From positions 12,152,001-12,216,000 of the forward strand of contig NC_042998.1 in the NCBI RefSeq assembly GCF_006345805.1: 64,000 bases of DNA, in the 5' to 3' direction. Origin of the DNA: Octopus sinensis (Eukaryota). The notes beneath the pieces were generated by a model. That model was not told where the DNA came from. It searched no databases and worked only from the letters and a program-made list of their open reading frames with translations. A program made the translations under genes and the position numbers. Of this stretch, positions 40,928-54,715 are shown piece after piece (within the stretch, counting starts at the first letter, position 1; each line of letters starts with the position of its first letter).

Positions 40928-43058
40928 GTGTAATTGAGGACACTTCGCCTTTAGGTCTAAATCTTCCTCTTAACCCCTGTGCACTATTTTATGTATTTTT
41001 CACGTGGAAATCTATCTTGCGCATTAAATCCATAATGGTGTCTGATTGAGCCCAATTCACTCTTCGGCTGTCTACAGGCGATTTCAGCCTGAAACTGAAT
41101 GAAAGACAAAAATATAGAGAGAAAGGGAGCGATCCTAAATATACTGAAAACATTATTGACAACAATATAATTTGCGTCATTGCTGACCTTGAGCATAGAG
41201 GATGATTAACCCAAAGCAATGTATTCGGTGCTCTAATGCTCTTTCAGTGTTTCAAACAATCGTTTTAAGTTCGCATGATGTATCACCATTGGAAGCCTAC
41301 TTTTGACGTTTTTGATTAACTTCAGTTCTCTCTTGCTTATCAGTTATTTTTGTACTGTTTTTGATTACCTGAATGCAGTAAACACGTTTCCGTTTCGTTT
41401 TGCTTGTGTTTGATAACTAATCGTAGCAGTTTTGACTTCGTTACATGTCATTTGTAGTTCGAGAATTAATATTAGTTTCCTAGTTACCTTAGGCAACTAT
41501 CTTCCTGAATTCTTACAAAACACAATTATTTTATCTCACGAATTTTGTATGGTATATTCTAAACACATTCATTATTTTTCTTGTTATTCCGTCACCTCTT
41601 TTTCCTACATTATCTATCTAGTTGAGAATGTTTTTAATATATCATTTTACTTGGAGAAATAGAGAGCTCATTCCTATTAGCTCCATAAAAAAGAATCTCT
41701 ATTATATTTAAGTATAATTCATATAAGACATTAGGCCCTAATGTTTAATTTTGGTTGTGATCAGTATATATTATTGAGTTGTACGTGTTAGTCAGTTTTC
41801 GGTCTATTTATCAATGTTTAATTAACCAACATGATATGAATGTTCTTAATTAATTACTTCTTGTTAAGCTGGCCTTAACTCGTTTTCTGGCACGATTTCT
41901 CATATACTATTAGTATATGTCTGTATTTCATAGTCAAACTTCTAATTGGTTATCCTTTACAAGATGCACATTGAATCCTTCAACTCCAAATAGCATTTTC
42001 ATCTATCCGTAGCATTATTTTCTGTCCATTCTGATCTTTAATATATTGGTTGTTGGCGTTTGTGTCTGTCATACAAAGTATGGTGTGAAGAAAACATTTT
42101 TTTTTCGCTGAGTTTCCATTCTAATGGAAATAGGTGAGATCACCTATCAGTCACAAACAGCCAAGACAATACACAAAACATGATGTGGTGTTGAATTCGG
42201 AGGTTTACATAGCTCAGATTTCTTAATTTTGTATAGATGAATGTAGTTCACCCCATTTACATATACGTATATATATTCTCAAGCACAAACACATCCACAC
42301 ATATACACATATTGTTCACATTGTTAGAATCGTGCAAACGCAGGAGATACATCAGATAAAAATAACTATTGATACTACACAATGTTCAGGCGAGGCCTGC
42401 AGTAGAATAAGGTGTGAAACCTAGACGGTACAGCTGCTACAACCCGAGTTATCCTAGACCATATCCATAAAAGCGCTAATTACCTAAAGTAAATCTCAGA
42501 TACGTTCCAACCTTTGGTTTACTGGTGAAACGCATCCTCTTCCTATTTTCTACCACTACTTGAATGAGCCTTTCTCTTCCGCGACGCTGTCTGAGATAAT
42601 GCTAACCCACTTTTACATTCTCATTTAACTCTTCTTCTCTTATCGCTCATGATGTCCAATTCACGAATCACTACAATAGTAACTACGTCCAGTCTTTCTC
42701 AATTGTCCCGACAATTTCATCCCTGCTCATAAATTTCAAGCAAATCTTCAAAAGGAACAAGAATAACATATATCTTATATGTCACATTTGTTCAGGAGAG
42801 TCTACCAACCTATGAATATGTTTTCTTTTAGTCATATTTCTTTTATTGAAATATATATATGTATGTGATTTAAGTACCCGTTACAAAAACGAAAATGAAT
42901 ATCACAAAAATTAAATTATGATTGCAAAACAGCTCTCACACAATATTATGATAAAAGCTTTTTAATTGGAATTATGCAGTCTGGTTTATAAAAAAATGTT
43001 CACGATTTAAAAAATAGTTTCTAAGCTAATTGTCAGTTGTTATTTCACTTATATAACT

Positions 43059-43094
<36 letters not shown>

Positions 43095-43700
43095 TCATAT
43101 GAAAAGTTATATATATGTGTGTGTGTATGTGTGTATGTGTGTATGTGTGTGAGTGTGTGTGTGTGTGTGTCTGTGTGTACGTAGAGTTGTATATAATGTA
43201 CTCATGATATTTGTACAAATGCACGGACAGAAGGACGCACACTTATACGAAGGTAAAGCATGTTGAACAGAGAGTTCTATCAACAGAAGTAAATAATATT
43301 TATCATAAAAAGTTGGTATTCTAATGTGTAGCGTGCCTTTGCAAGTCTTCAATGGGTACGTTGCATGTATTTTCTGTAGCATATAATATACTTCAACGTG
43401 CAAATGAGCAGTAAAATAAGAAACGACTTAACACAAAAAGAAAAAAATTATATAAACGACTTCATCAAATATAGTTAATTACAAATAAATGAAGATTTGT
43501 GTACACTGTATATAATATGGCAAAGTAATTTGTGCTTTCGAGCTACTCTGGCCGAAATATGTTTAAGACCGATGATGACAGTTCGATTTCCCCATTAATA
43601 TATTTTGAACAAAACTATATAAATTATTATATTTTACGGTTTATGTAGAATTGTTTCTCTTTCGAATGATATAAGCGTCATACATCTTTTTGCAATTCAA

Positions 43701-44992
43701 ATAATTTTAATGCGCAATTAATTCAAATGATTAGAAATTGTCGGCAAAATTAGTTTAAGACCATACCAAAAGTATGCAAATTTATAAACCAAATGTGTGG
43801 TCATATGGCTGGTCGTACTTCACTGTTTTATTTAATAATCGAGCAGTTACACATTAATTCGCTATTGGAAAGTGTCTAGTATCAGCCCAGTTACTAGATC
43901 AAAGATCGCATTGCTTAATCAGCAAAATGTGTCCTTCATGAACAAGCAATTAGGATACTGCAAAACGCCTTGTGTTCAAGCACAGAAGCTTTAGCAAGTC
44001 ACTGGCCAATACAAAGATCAGCAAAGAATAGGCGCTCCGAGAAAAGACAACAGTACAGATGGATCGACGAATTCATAGACTTTTTGTGGGTAACCGAATG
44101 ATAACAGCAGTGGACATTTGCAAGCAATTATCTTATGAAACTGACATCAGCTTTACATCACAAACTGTCAGAAACCGCCTAAAAGAATTTGGACTGTCCA
44201 GCCGTATCACTCGAGAGAAGCCGATAATTTCTGAGACGAACCGGTGGAAGCGGATCAAAACCATATTGAATGAGCAGCCGAAGACTGGTCAAAAGTACTT
44301 TGGAGCGACGAATCCCACTTCTGCATCTTTGGATTAGACGGAAAGACTTATGTTAGGCGCCGTCCAACTGAAGAATTCTATCCTAAGTGTCAAGAAAACA
44401 GCGCAAGCGGGAGATGAGGGGTTATGCCATGGGCCGCGTTCAGCAGCTTAGGTACGGGTCCAATTGCTATGGTCGATGACAGAGTGAACAATGTAGGCTA
44501 TCTGCAGTTAGTAAATGAAACTCTGCTGCCATATTTAAATAATCAGATGCCACCGGGATCTATTTTCCAACAACACAATTGCCTTTTTCATAAGACTAGG
44601 AAAGTTTTAAAATATTTTGAGCGCAATAATTTGGTGGTTATTGAGAGGCCTCCGCAGAGACTCGGATTTGAATCCGATACAAAATTTATGGAATTATGTT
44701 TCAAAAAGAGCTCGTGCTAAAAACCAACAAATTTGTCCCAATTTTATAATTTTATCGGAGAAAATTGACCGAACATTCCAGGAGATTTCTGTGCTCATCG
44801 AACTCCACGTCCCACCGTTGTAAGGACGTAATTGAAAATAATGGCTATGAAAATTGATACTAATAATAAATTTTTGCTCGTTGATCATTTGTACCGTAAA
44901 TTCTCAATTTACACAAAATAATGTTGGTACGGTCTTAAACTTCTTTTGCCGACAAATATTACTCATTTGAATTAATTACACATTAAAATTGT
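43701..44992 (+). mobile_element. Tc1-family transposon (~1.3 kb), decayed DD34E transposase
   Basis: Inverted ends ~43701-43767 and ~44926-44990. HTH region TVRNRLKEFGL, WSDESHF, FQQHN (D mutated to H) and PPQ.SDLNPIQNLW (E mutated to Q), with frameshifts. Confidence 0.9.
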
Positions 44993-45126
44993 AGAAAGAG
45001 AAAGAGAAAAAAATTCTACATAAACTGTAAAAAGTAAAATAATTTTATACAGTTTTGTTAAAATTAATTTAATGAAGGCAATAATAAATCTCTGAATGAG
45101 ATGTAAATAGTAACCGCTCGACAACG

Positions 45127-45365
45127 TAAAGTATACTAGCCATCTCAACATGGCTAACCACCACAAAGGGTGGGTGTTACTGTAGCTTTTAGCCCCAGGA
45201 GATCATCGTCTCCAGCTGGCTTTAGGCACACTTTCTGTGCCCTTATGATATTAGGCACAGAAAGTGTGCCTAAAGCCAGCTGGAGACGATGATCTCCTGG
45301 GGCTAAAAGCTACAGTAATACCCACCCTTAGTGGTTAGCCATATTGAGATGGCTAGTATACTTTA
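45127..45365. mobile_element. Near-perfect ~240-bp palindrome of an interspersed repeat
   Basis: Arms 45127-45241 and 45254-45365. A 13-bp direct repeat AATTTAATGAAGG lies at 45066-45078 and 45366-45378. A single-arm relative is at ~63295-63400. Confidence 0.8.
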
Positions 45366-45419
45366 AATTTAATGAAGGTCTTAAATTTATTTTGTCCTGT
45401 GTATATTGGTTTGAAATGT

Positions 45420-45620
45420 TGGCACAAGGCCAGCAATTTCAGGGGAGTGGGTAAGTCGATTACATCAACACCGGTGCTCGACTAGTAATTATTTTATCAA
45501 CTCCTAAAGGATTAAGGGCGAAGTCAGTCTCGGCGGAATTTGAACCCAGAACGAAAAGGGGGAAGAATGTCACTAAGCAGTTTGTTCTGCGTGCTAACGA
45601 TTCTGCCGGGTCGCAGCCTT
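45420..45620 (-). mobile_element. Diverged SINE (family 1-like)
   Basis: ggcacaaggccagcaattt...ggcggaatttgaacc...ctaacgattctgcc. Related copies at ~19170-19350, 28390-28515 and 38890-39095. Confidence 0.7.
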
Positions 45621-45876
45621 CCTTTCAAGTTATATTAACCAGAGATAAAAATATATGTAGATGCTGATGATATATATTTTCTGTAGCACACATCTCCCAA
45701 AGAAACAAACTAGGAAATATAAAGATATTCAAAACTGAGGAAGATTCTAGACAAAGTAAAATAATTTTATAAATGGTAGATAAGAGATGCAAGAGCTTAT
45801 TATGCTTGTCCAATATTACAATTGAATAACACACACACACATATATATATACGTATATATATATATATATATATAT

Positions 45877-46032
<156 letters not shown>

Positions 46033-46033
46033 T

Positions 46034-46065
<32 letters not shown>

Positions 46066-46744
46066 CGTATATATCTATATGTGTGTGAATATATGTATAT
46101 ATTTATATATGTGTGTATGCATCTGTGTCGGAGCGTTAGTACGTATATGTGAACCAACTCTTATTTGTACGTATTGGCCAAATCTTAAAGGTCAGCTAAG
46201 GACAATTCTTGTGTAACCAACCATACAGTACAACTCAACAGTGCATAGAAATTAAATGCCAATCCCTTTACAATAACAACCACTTTAACAGTATCAGAAT
46301 CACCATCCAAAGCGGTTTGTCAACGGCCATTCAGTAGCAACAAGCCCTGATAAGCTCAGTGACTACTACTAAATTCAGGCGACGACAGGAAGAGATGTTG
46401 GTGAAGCCTAGGATTCTGAACTTACGGAGACAATATTTACATATCGACTGAAGAAACAGAACGAGGTCTCATGATGAAAGGAAACAGTGGTATAAACAAG
46501 TAGTTGAATGCCTCGTGAACAACGTTGCGTGGAAACAGTTGAAGTGATTAAAACATAAATGTCGAACCGTACTCCTCGTTGACTCCAATTTTTTCAATTG
46601 TGTATTCACACACGACAGAGGCCTAAAAGCAAACCTGAAAATTCGTGTAATACTACTACTGGATAGCACAGGATAAAACTTTATACTGTACTCTACTATG
46701 TTGTTAATAGAATATAACATAACTATATATATATATTCAAAATG

Positions 46745-46930
46745 TGACCGCGTATGTACCGTTGGCGATTTTTTTCCCTCTGTCTTCCCTTCTCTTGATC
46801 TTTCCTTCTCCTATGTTTCCGACGAAGAGCTCCGCTCGAAAAGTTAAACCCCCTTCTTCCCTTCCTTCCTGAGCGTCTAATAATACTATATTTGTTCCAC
46901 GTCCTCGCATTGTTGTGTTTTCATGTTGGA
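46745..46930 (+). mobile_element. Penelope-like short repeat with mutated hammerhead (46815-46849)
   Basis: gttt-CCGACGA-a-gagc-tcc-gctc-GAAA-agtt-aaac. Same family as 33060-33200. Confidence 0.7.
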
Positions 46931-46931
46931 G

Positions 46932-46968
<37 letters not shown>

Positions 46969-47107
46969 ATATATATATATATATATACATATAAATGAAA
47001 GAATGGAGTTGAACGACGGTTTAACAAAATTCCTTTATTCTCGACATAGTTTTCGAAGGCTGCATATTCCTAATTTCGAAGGAAATTTTATACAACACAC
47101 CATATAT

Positions 47108-47141
<34 letters not shown>

Positions 47142-47146
47142 ATATA

Positions 47147-47660
47147 CAGAATGTCCTAGAATTAACAGTCTATTTAAATGAAATCGGACAGTATTTTTAA
47201 AAATCCACTTTTATTTATTTCTCATATTTGATGTGTGTTAAAAGTGCGTACGTTTCTAATTTTGTTTATAACTTTATAATTTTTAGACATTTTATATGAT
47301 TTTATTTTCATTCCTGTTGGATCCACCTTATCTGTCCACCACAGTTTTTTTTTTCAATGTGGATGCAAGCAATTCTCTTCCTCCATCCTCATGGTGTAAT
47401 AGTTAATCTGAACTTAAAATACGCATTTAGTTAGCAGGGCAGATGACAACGCCTGAAATGTGTTTCGCAACGGTAAGGGCAGATTTGAAATTTGCAGGAT
47501 ACAGATCGAGCACATGTTGAAAGTTTGCAATTAAGTTTCGACGTAAGATTTAGAAATTTATTTCTTTTGATCTAATTCAGTAATGACCATAAAATTCTGT
47601 CAGTTTTTTTAAAATGTCTCCAGTTTCATTGAAATAGATAGTTAATTCTGGGACATACTG
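47147..47660. mobile_element. Non-autonomous Tc1/mariner deletion derivative (MITE)
   Basis: ~55-bp imperfect TIRs (cagaatgtcctagaattaac.. / ..gttaattctgggacatactg), left TA, and a residual transposase C-terminus RFEIC..IEHML. Confidence 0.7.
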
Positions 47661-47706
47661 AATACATACATACATGCATATACACAAACACACGGACACA
47701 CAGATA

Positions 47707-47768
<62 letters not shown>

Positions 47769-48048
47769 CAAAGTAAAGTTGTAAGATACCGCACGAGTAG
47801 AAATATATATGAAAAAAGGTTCGAAAATGCAATATGAATGATGTTTCTTCACTTGACCGGTTTCACTATTTTAGAAAAAGATTGTCAAAAGTAAAATGTA
47901 AAGCTTTGTATGAGCTTTGTTGTGTTAAGTACTGTGACAACCAGTACTTAACACAACAAATCTTTACCTTTTACTTTTGAGAATATTTTACTAAAAAAGT
48001 GAAACCTGTCAAGTAAATAAACATCTTTAATTGCATTTTCAAACATTC

Positions 48049-48098
<50 letters not shown>

Positions 48099-48372
48099 TA
48101 TTTAATCAACGTCATTTGAGATGGGTAGTCAATCCAGACAAAATATTATATAAGCTCTCTGTTAGTACACTAGGTTAGCAATATTTTTTAGATTTGTAAA
48201 GAACTCTGCCTATATATGTGGCAAGGTCCGAGATTATACTTCATCACCATTCCATATTGTAAACCCGTGGCTGTGCTTCAGTTATACTGGTTTTTACTCA
48301 AATTGATTTACAAGACAATGCACAAATAATGCTCATTGCATATTCTTCCTTGTTGCAATAAAGTTGACTTAC

Positions 48373-48416
48373 AACTGTTTTCAGTAGTTATTACAGGTTC
48401 GTTATTGATAGGTTTA
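48373..48416 (-). other. Candidate 44-nt exon
   Basis: Acceptor ataattttctttag and donor GTAAGT. Supported by motifs only. Confidence 0.2.
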
Positions 48417-49377
48417 CTAAAGAAAATTATGTAAGGACCGTCAGTCATAACCCGTCATGTATATTATTTAATATATAAACCTCGGCGGACAAAATACTTT
48501 TGTATGAGAATATTATATAAAAATGATATAACGTAAAACTCTATAGATTTTGTATAATTACAATTATCTTTAAAACTTTGTATAACTTTCGAAATATCAG
48601 AAATGTCACTTTTAGAATTTCCTTGTACGTTATTTAAGTGGGCTCATCAGATCACTGCATATATTTAACATGTAAATGCACAATAATTGTTTTTGAATTT
48701 GTGAAATTATATTGTGTTTTGCATTTAAATTTATAGACCAGCTATCAATTCAGTTGTAGAGTCAATTAGAATTCTTCAACAACTATATGCAACGGATGTC
48801 ATAATAATTTTATCTTCGACAGGCCTGTCTTACATTCGATTAATAAGAGTACAACAATAAAACAAAATGATAAATTTCTATAAGAATTTCCTCAAAATTT
48901 GAAGGTATTTGAGATTTATAACCATAAAAATCTGTACATCCGATTCTCAAAGTTTGTATAGACTAGATTATTTTGAGTATATTCTGAAATCAGTAGTATG
49001 ACTACTAGTAATATCATACAACTGGCTCTCGATTCATATAAAATATAATGGATATGACAAAAAATAAATAACAGGTCACCAACAAGTTCCTAAGAAAATT
49101 TCTTTTACACTTTTCGCTTAAATATTTTAAATAATTGTTTTAAAATTTTGAACTCCAATTCTGTTCTACTTATTAATTATCTCAAAACACCGTGCTTTTT
49201 AATCATCCTTCATTAAATTATACTTGTATTTTTGACAAAGAAACACATGCCATACTGAATAGACTTTCGTAAATTTCCTCAGAACTTGTGTATATTAATA
49301 TACATATACACACACACACACACATATATATATATACACACATACATACACACAAGCATATATATCACTACATATGT

Positions 49378-49408
<31 letters not shown>

Positions 49409-49411
49409 CTT

Positions 49412-49487
<76 letters not shown>

Positions 49488-49489
<2 letters not shown>

Positions 49490-50352
49490 TCCGTAATAAT
49501 GAAGGGTGAAATTAATTAATTTGGAATAATTATCAATTACACCAAGTAGTCTTCGGCATGTAAAAGCCTCATTCGAGGAAAATTTAAGTAATACTAAGCA
49601 ATAAAGGGTTTAGCAACGTTATGTGTCTGTTTGTGTCTGCCTTCCAATTGCTGTTTTTACTGAGATCTCCCTTTTTAGTAGAAGAAATAGCTATAACTCT
49701 TTGACTGCTATTTCTAAATTCGGTATGTGGTAAGGCAATTCGTTGCTAACCCTTTATGCTTAGTATTACTTAAATTTTCCTCGAATGAGGCTTTTACATG
49801 CCGAAGACTACTTGGTGTAATTGATAATTATTCCAAATTAATTAATTTCACCCTTCATTATTACGGATAACCATATTTTATCTCAGTAGATGACCACAGC
49901 ATATTGTTTGGCTACACGCGGGTGGGAAGGGGCTGGTGACACAATCTTTTCACTCACACTTTGAATTTAGTGATACTAGTTGCGGATTCTAGCTCGCTCT
50001 GATACTGAGTTGAGTTGGTGCCTTCTAGTATCTCAAATTCAATATAATCATTTATGATTATAGTATTCTACGCTGAAGAGAAAAGAAGTTTTGGTAAGGT
50101 AGAATTATTTAATATTTAATTCTTATGCTTTCCTAAAAACTTGATTTCGAAACGTACGTCCGTAGATAACTTAAAATTGTATGATAGATTGCCGTCAATT
50201 CATTCTCTCTTACCTGTTTGTGTCTGCCTTCCAATTGCTGTTTTTACTGAGATCTCCCTTTTTAGTAGAAGAAATAGCTATAACTCTTTGACTGCTATTT
50301 CTAAATTCGGTATGTGGTAAGGCAATTCGTTGCTAAACCCTTTATTGCTTAG

Positions 50353-50354
<2 letters not shown>
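49488..50354. mobile_element. Penelope-like non-autonomous unit: inverted partial copy plus ~587-bp tandem period
   Basis: Inverted arms 49488-49618 and 49741-49869. Direct repeat 49627-49765 and 50214-50354. Contains a hammerhead motif. Confidence 0.75.
50067..50166 (+). ncRNA. Type I hammerhead ribozyme, canonical core, GUC cleavage triplet
   Basis: TCTACG-CTGAAGA-G-aaa..aagtttt...aaaactt..ttt-C-GAAA-CGTACGT-C-CGTAGA. 6-bp stem I, palindromic helix III ACGTACGT, and a predicted cut after 50160. Confidence 0.8.
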
Positions 50355-50419
<65 letters not shown>

Positions 50420-50452
50420 GAAGTGAGATAGATAGATAGATAGTTAGATAGT

Positions 50453-50510
<58 letters not shown>

Positions 50511-51768
50511 TAATATATATATATGATCCTTTATGAAGTTTGTGTAAGATGTTATATTTTAGCGTAATGTATATTTGTATTGCTTTACTTTTAAAAATAT
50601 CGAGACAATGTTCCTATATTCGAAAACATTAATTATTTATTAATTTGTTCGATTTAGATGAGCATCAAAGAATTTGGGTAAATATTCCCTAGTATTTTTA
50701 TTTTTTTAGTTTATTCTGCAAATTTATATGTAGGAACTGAGTCATGCAGTGATATGGAGAGCAGAGATGTCAGTGTTAAATGTAAATTGTATGGTGAATA
50801 TTTTGTCACGTGTTATTTATATACTTAATTGGCATTCCGCTGGCACTGCATTAACATTTCCTCCCTTCCTAATCACTAATCGCTGTGTATAAGTGCGTGC
50901 ATCTATGTATATATAAATATATATATTTATTTATATATATATATATATGCACTTAGACACACCCCATCTACACCCACATACCCACACATATTATACACTT
51001 ATATACATAAACATATATAATACATATATATATATATATATTTAAATACCCCAACCTGGCCGCAGTCTGAAACAATTAAATTTAAACATATATACATTCG
51101 TACGAATATATACATACATATATACATAAATACATACATACATACATACATACATACATACATACATACATACATCTATATATATATATATATATATTAT
51201 ATTATATATATATATATATAATACAGTCTAATAAAAGTTATTACCATTGTACTATCACCAACAATATTGCTAAGATTATGTTTTTTCTTTTCTTGTTCTT
51301 CCCGTCAACTCATTTATTTAAAAAACGTTTTGTTTATAACATTACAAAACTTAAAATATATAAATAAAATCAAATTAGTCTGTTAGTTCAGTTATTTTAT
51401 AATTTTCAAAAAACATATTGAATTATTTATGACCCACAGAAGAACACAGAATCAATACCAAAACGGTATTTTTCAGAAAGCAAATGAACAGTATTTCTGA
51501 AATTTTGGATGTTTTATTTATGTTTATGCGAAAACTAAATCAATAAACAAGTCAATATAGAATTTTCTGATATAGATTTGTTTATGAAAGTTGTTTTTGT
51601 CGTAAACAAATGTATTAATTAAATAACCATTTGTGATAATTGTAATTAAATATTGTTTTCATTATTAAATAATCTGAACAATACAACTAATGAAATCACA
51701 TTAAATGTACTATAGTGTGAAATAAATCATGAAATGTAATGAAACAAGAAATAACGCAGACAACTTAC

Positions 51769-51856
51769 TTGTTGGTTACTGGAGTAAATCCTCTGCTGGA
51801 GTCGTTTGCAAAAGCTTATATTCAATAGACAAGAACGCAGATTCATTCAACGTGTT
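51769..51856 (-). other. Candidate 88-nt exon (UTR, non-coding or uORF-bearing)
   Basis: Acceptor aatatttttttctgtacag and donor CAA|GTAAGT. All three frames contain a stop, but an internal ATG opens a frame that reaches the donor. Confidence 0.35.
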
Positions 51857-53055
51857 CTGTACAGAAAAAAATATTATTTTTACTGTGATTGTTAAAATAA
51901 AGGAAATAAATCTGAGGTGGTAGAAGATTCTGTGGATATTGTTCACGTGATTATGTTTGAACCGGATTATTTGATAGTCCTATCAATGCTGACAGTTAAA
52001 GAAGAAGAAAGCAAAAAAAGGAAACAAAAACAAAAAAGCGAAAGAACGTGAAGAATAGATAAGCAGCCTATATATATATCATATCAATGAGATTCTAATT
52101 GGCTTCTCTCCGCCTCTTATTAAAAGCAATAGTGTTTCTTGGCACCGATTTGTATTACTCACTTGAGATTTGGAAGTTTGTCGAACTTTCATTTTGTTGA
52201 GTTCACGTGACTTTACATTTTGAAAACTTATGCTGTTTTCTAATAACTGCAGATTTACGTTATTTTAGAAGTATGTTCAATGTTTAATAAATCAGAAGTA
52301 TCAAGGCATTATATTTTCTCATGTTACTCGTCTCAACCTTAAGACTACTACTCTGCTGTGGGGTAGCTCCTTAAAATCTCTAGCCCATAAAATCGATTAC
52401 AGTGCTTCGGGGATGCAAACAATACTGAGAGACTAGGTGCAAACAAAACATGCATATTAAACGCGAGCTTCCGCACAATTTCCGTCTATCAAACCTGTTC
52501 ACAAATATTTGCTGGCCCAAGATTATTGTACAAGACATTGCTCAAGATACCGAGCAATGGGACGGATATCAATACCTATCCGTTCCAAAGCGAACTTCTT
52601 AAACACGGAGATACACCTGCGATTCGTCTTTTATTATTATGAATTTAGATGAAAAAAAGGGACGCAATTTTTTTTTCTGTTCATCCGAGAATGTTAGAGG
52701 GCGCGAGGAAAATCGACCGCATTTCGCGTACAGAAGTAATGGGTGAAGATATCAAAATTATCATCAGATTCGAGACGTCTATAAAGTTTCAAAACAGTGG
52801 ATTTCGCTGAAGGCATCCCAGACATGATAGTGTTCTCAAAGAGGCTGACTGATGAAAACGTAAATACAGCAGAACTGGTGATGTACTCTACTATATAGCT
52901 ATAGTTTCATGGGGCTAAACCTTAGTTCGAATCCTGTGGGGCCTAGTTTTTCTTTCATTTGTGCAGAATATATAAAAATACTACTTTCGATATTCTAGGG
53001 GTGTCTCACTTGATTACAATTAATCCTCTTCATGTAGCTGTGATATAAGTATCTG

Positions 53056-53270
53056 TTTCTTTATTACCCACAAGGGGCTAAACATAGAGGGGACAAACAA
53101 GGACAGACAAACGGATTAAGTCGAGTACATCGACCCCAGTGCGTAACTGGTACTTAATTTATCGACCCCCGAAAGGATGAAAGGCAAAGTCGACCTCAGA
53201 ACGTAACGACAGACGAAATACGGCTACGCATTTCGCCCGGCGTGCAAACGTTTCTGCCAGCTCGCCGCCT
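53056..53270 (-). mobile_element. tRNA-derived SINE (family 1)
   Basis: Reverse complement of 25978-26203 with a small deletion. Confidence 0.85.
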
Positions 53271-54032
53271 TCTGCCAGCAAGACGCGAATAAATCAAATA
53301 ACACTTCTGTTTCACAAATCACTGTTCCTGTTATTTATTTCTCAAGTTTTACTTTCTAAGTATATCTAACTTAAACTGAAACTAATTATTTATGTGATTA
53401 GTCGGGAGCTGATAAAATTGTTGTAATAACGCAAGAAATTTACTTCTAATTTTTTTAAATTGTTTCAATCGACTGTTGCCATTTGTTTCAATAGACTGCG
53501 GCCATACTGGGGCATGACCTTGAAAGAGTCTTAGGCAAATGAATCTACCTGAATACTTATAATTTTAAGCCTGGTATTTATCTTTTCATTTTCTTTTGTC
53601 AACACCCTACGTTACGGGTACATAAACAGACCAATACCGATTCTGACACAGTGGCGGGGACCAAACATATACACAGACACGTACACATACACACGCATAT
53701 GTATGTGTGTGCATGCTTGTATGTGTGTGTGCGCGAGTGTGTGTGTATGTGTGAGTATGTGCGTGTGTGTGCGTGTGTGTTTGTGTATACTTTTGTTTTG
53801 AGACGTGTTCCGACAGGCGATCTTCCGAGGGAACCAGCGAATATACAATTCCAACCATGTTCCCTTTGTTGATATTGTTGGATGTCGCAAATTCTGCCAT
53901 CAATCCATACATTCATCCATCCATTCATCCATCCATCCATCCATCCATCCTACGTACTTACGTACATACATACATACATACATACATACATACATACATA
54001 CATACATACACACATACATACACGGTAATTTG

Positions 54033-54290
54033 AGTTTGTGAAGAGAAACTGTGTACAGTTGTGGAAATCAGCTGCCCAGCAGATGTTGACATAAAGCTGA
54101 AGATCAGTGAGAAATAGAATACCTACGCTGAACTATTGATAAACTGACAGTTACTCTACCTAGATTAAAAGTTCAGGATTATACCTGTAATTAGTGCAGC
54201 ACTGAAATATGTAACATATTGCTTAAGTAACAATCTTGAGAAATTAGAGTTCTCATAACCAGAATAGATAAAGCTGATGGAAGACTACAG
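54033..54290 (+). pseudogene. R2-superfamily (R4/NeSL-like) restriction-like endonuclease C-terminal relic
   Basis: EEKLCTVVEISCPADVDIKLKISEK*NTYAELLIN*QLLY..KFRIIPVISAAL matches the RLE pattern (x)IDxSCPxDxNxxxKxxEKxxKY..L...IPIVIGALG. Its first 76 bp are duplicated at 54609-54684. Confidence 0.6.
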
Positions 54291-54298
54291 AATCAACG

Positions 54299-54337
<39 letters not shown>

Positions 54338-54364
54338 ATATATATATATATATATAATAATAAA

Positions 54365-54600
54365 TATTAGGGAATAAATCCAAATTTACAGGGAAAAATC
54401 AGATTTAGGATTAAATCCAATTATAGTAAAATATTATATAATATTAATTCGAGACAAAACCACTATTTTGCAAAACAAACAAGGAAAGACTTAATCAATA
54501 CATAAAAATTTTTAATATAAAGAAATAAACCGCCAATACAATCGTTTCATGTCTTCAATGATATTCGTCAGGTGGATTTTCGATCTCCTAATCTGTTTTA
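54365..54600 (-). mobile_element. Penelope-like repeat with hammerhead-like motif (54530-54575, minus)
   Basis: Same family as ~33400-33610. Motif CTGACGA-atatc-attgaa-gacat-GAAA-cgattgt-a with a weak stem I. Confidence 0.5.
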
Positions 54601-54684
54601 ATTTATGAAGTTTGTGAAGAGAAACTGTGTACAGTTGTGGAAATCAGCTGCTCAGCAGATGTTGACATAAAGCTGAAGATCAGT

Positions 54685-54715
<31 letters not shown>

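Noticed and set aside
49780-49830. CGAATGA-GGC..GCC-GAAG hammerhead look-alike
   Set aside because: Several invariant core positions differ and no stem I or III could be formed.
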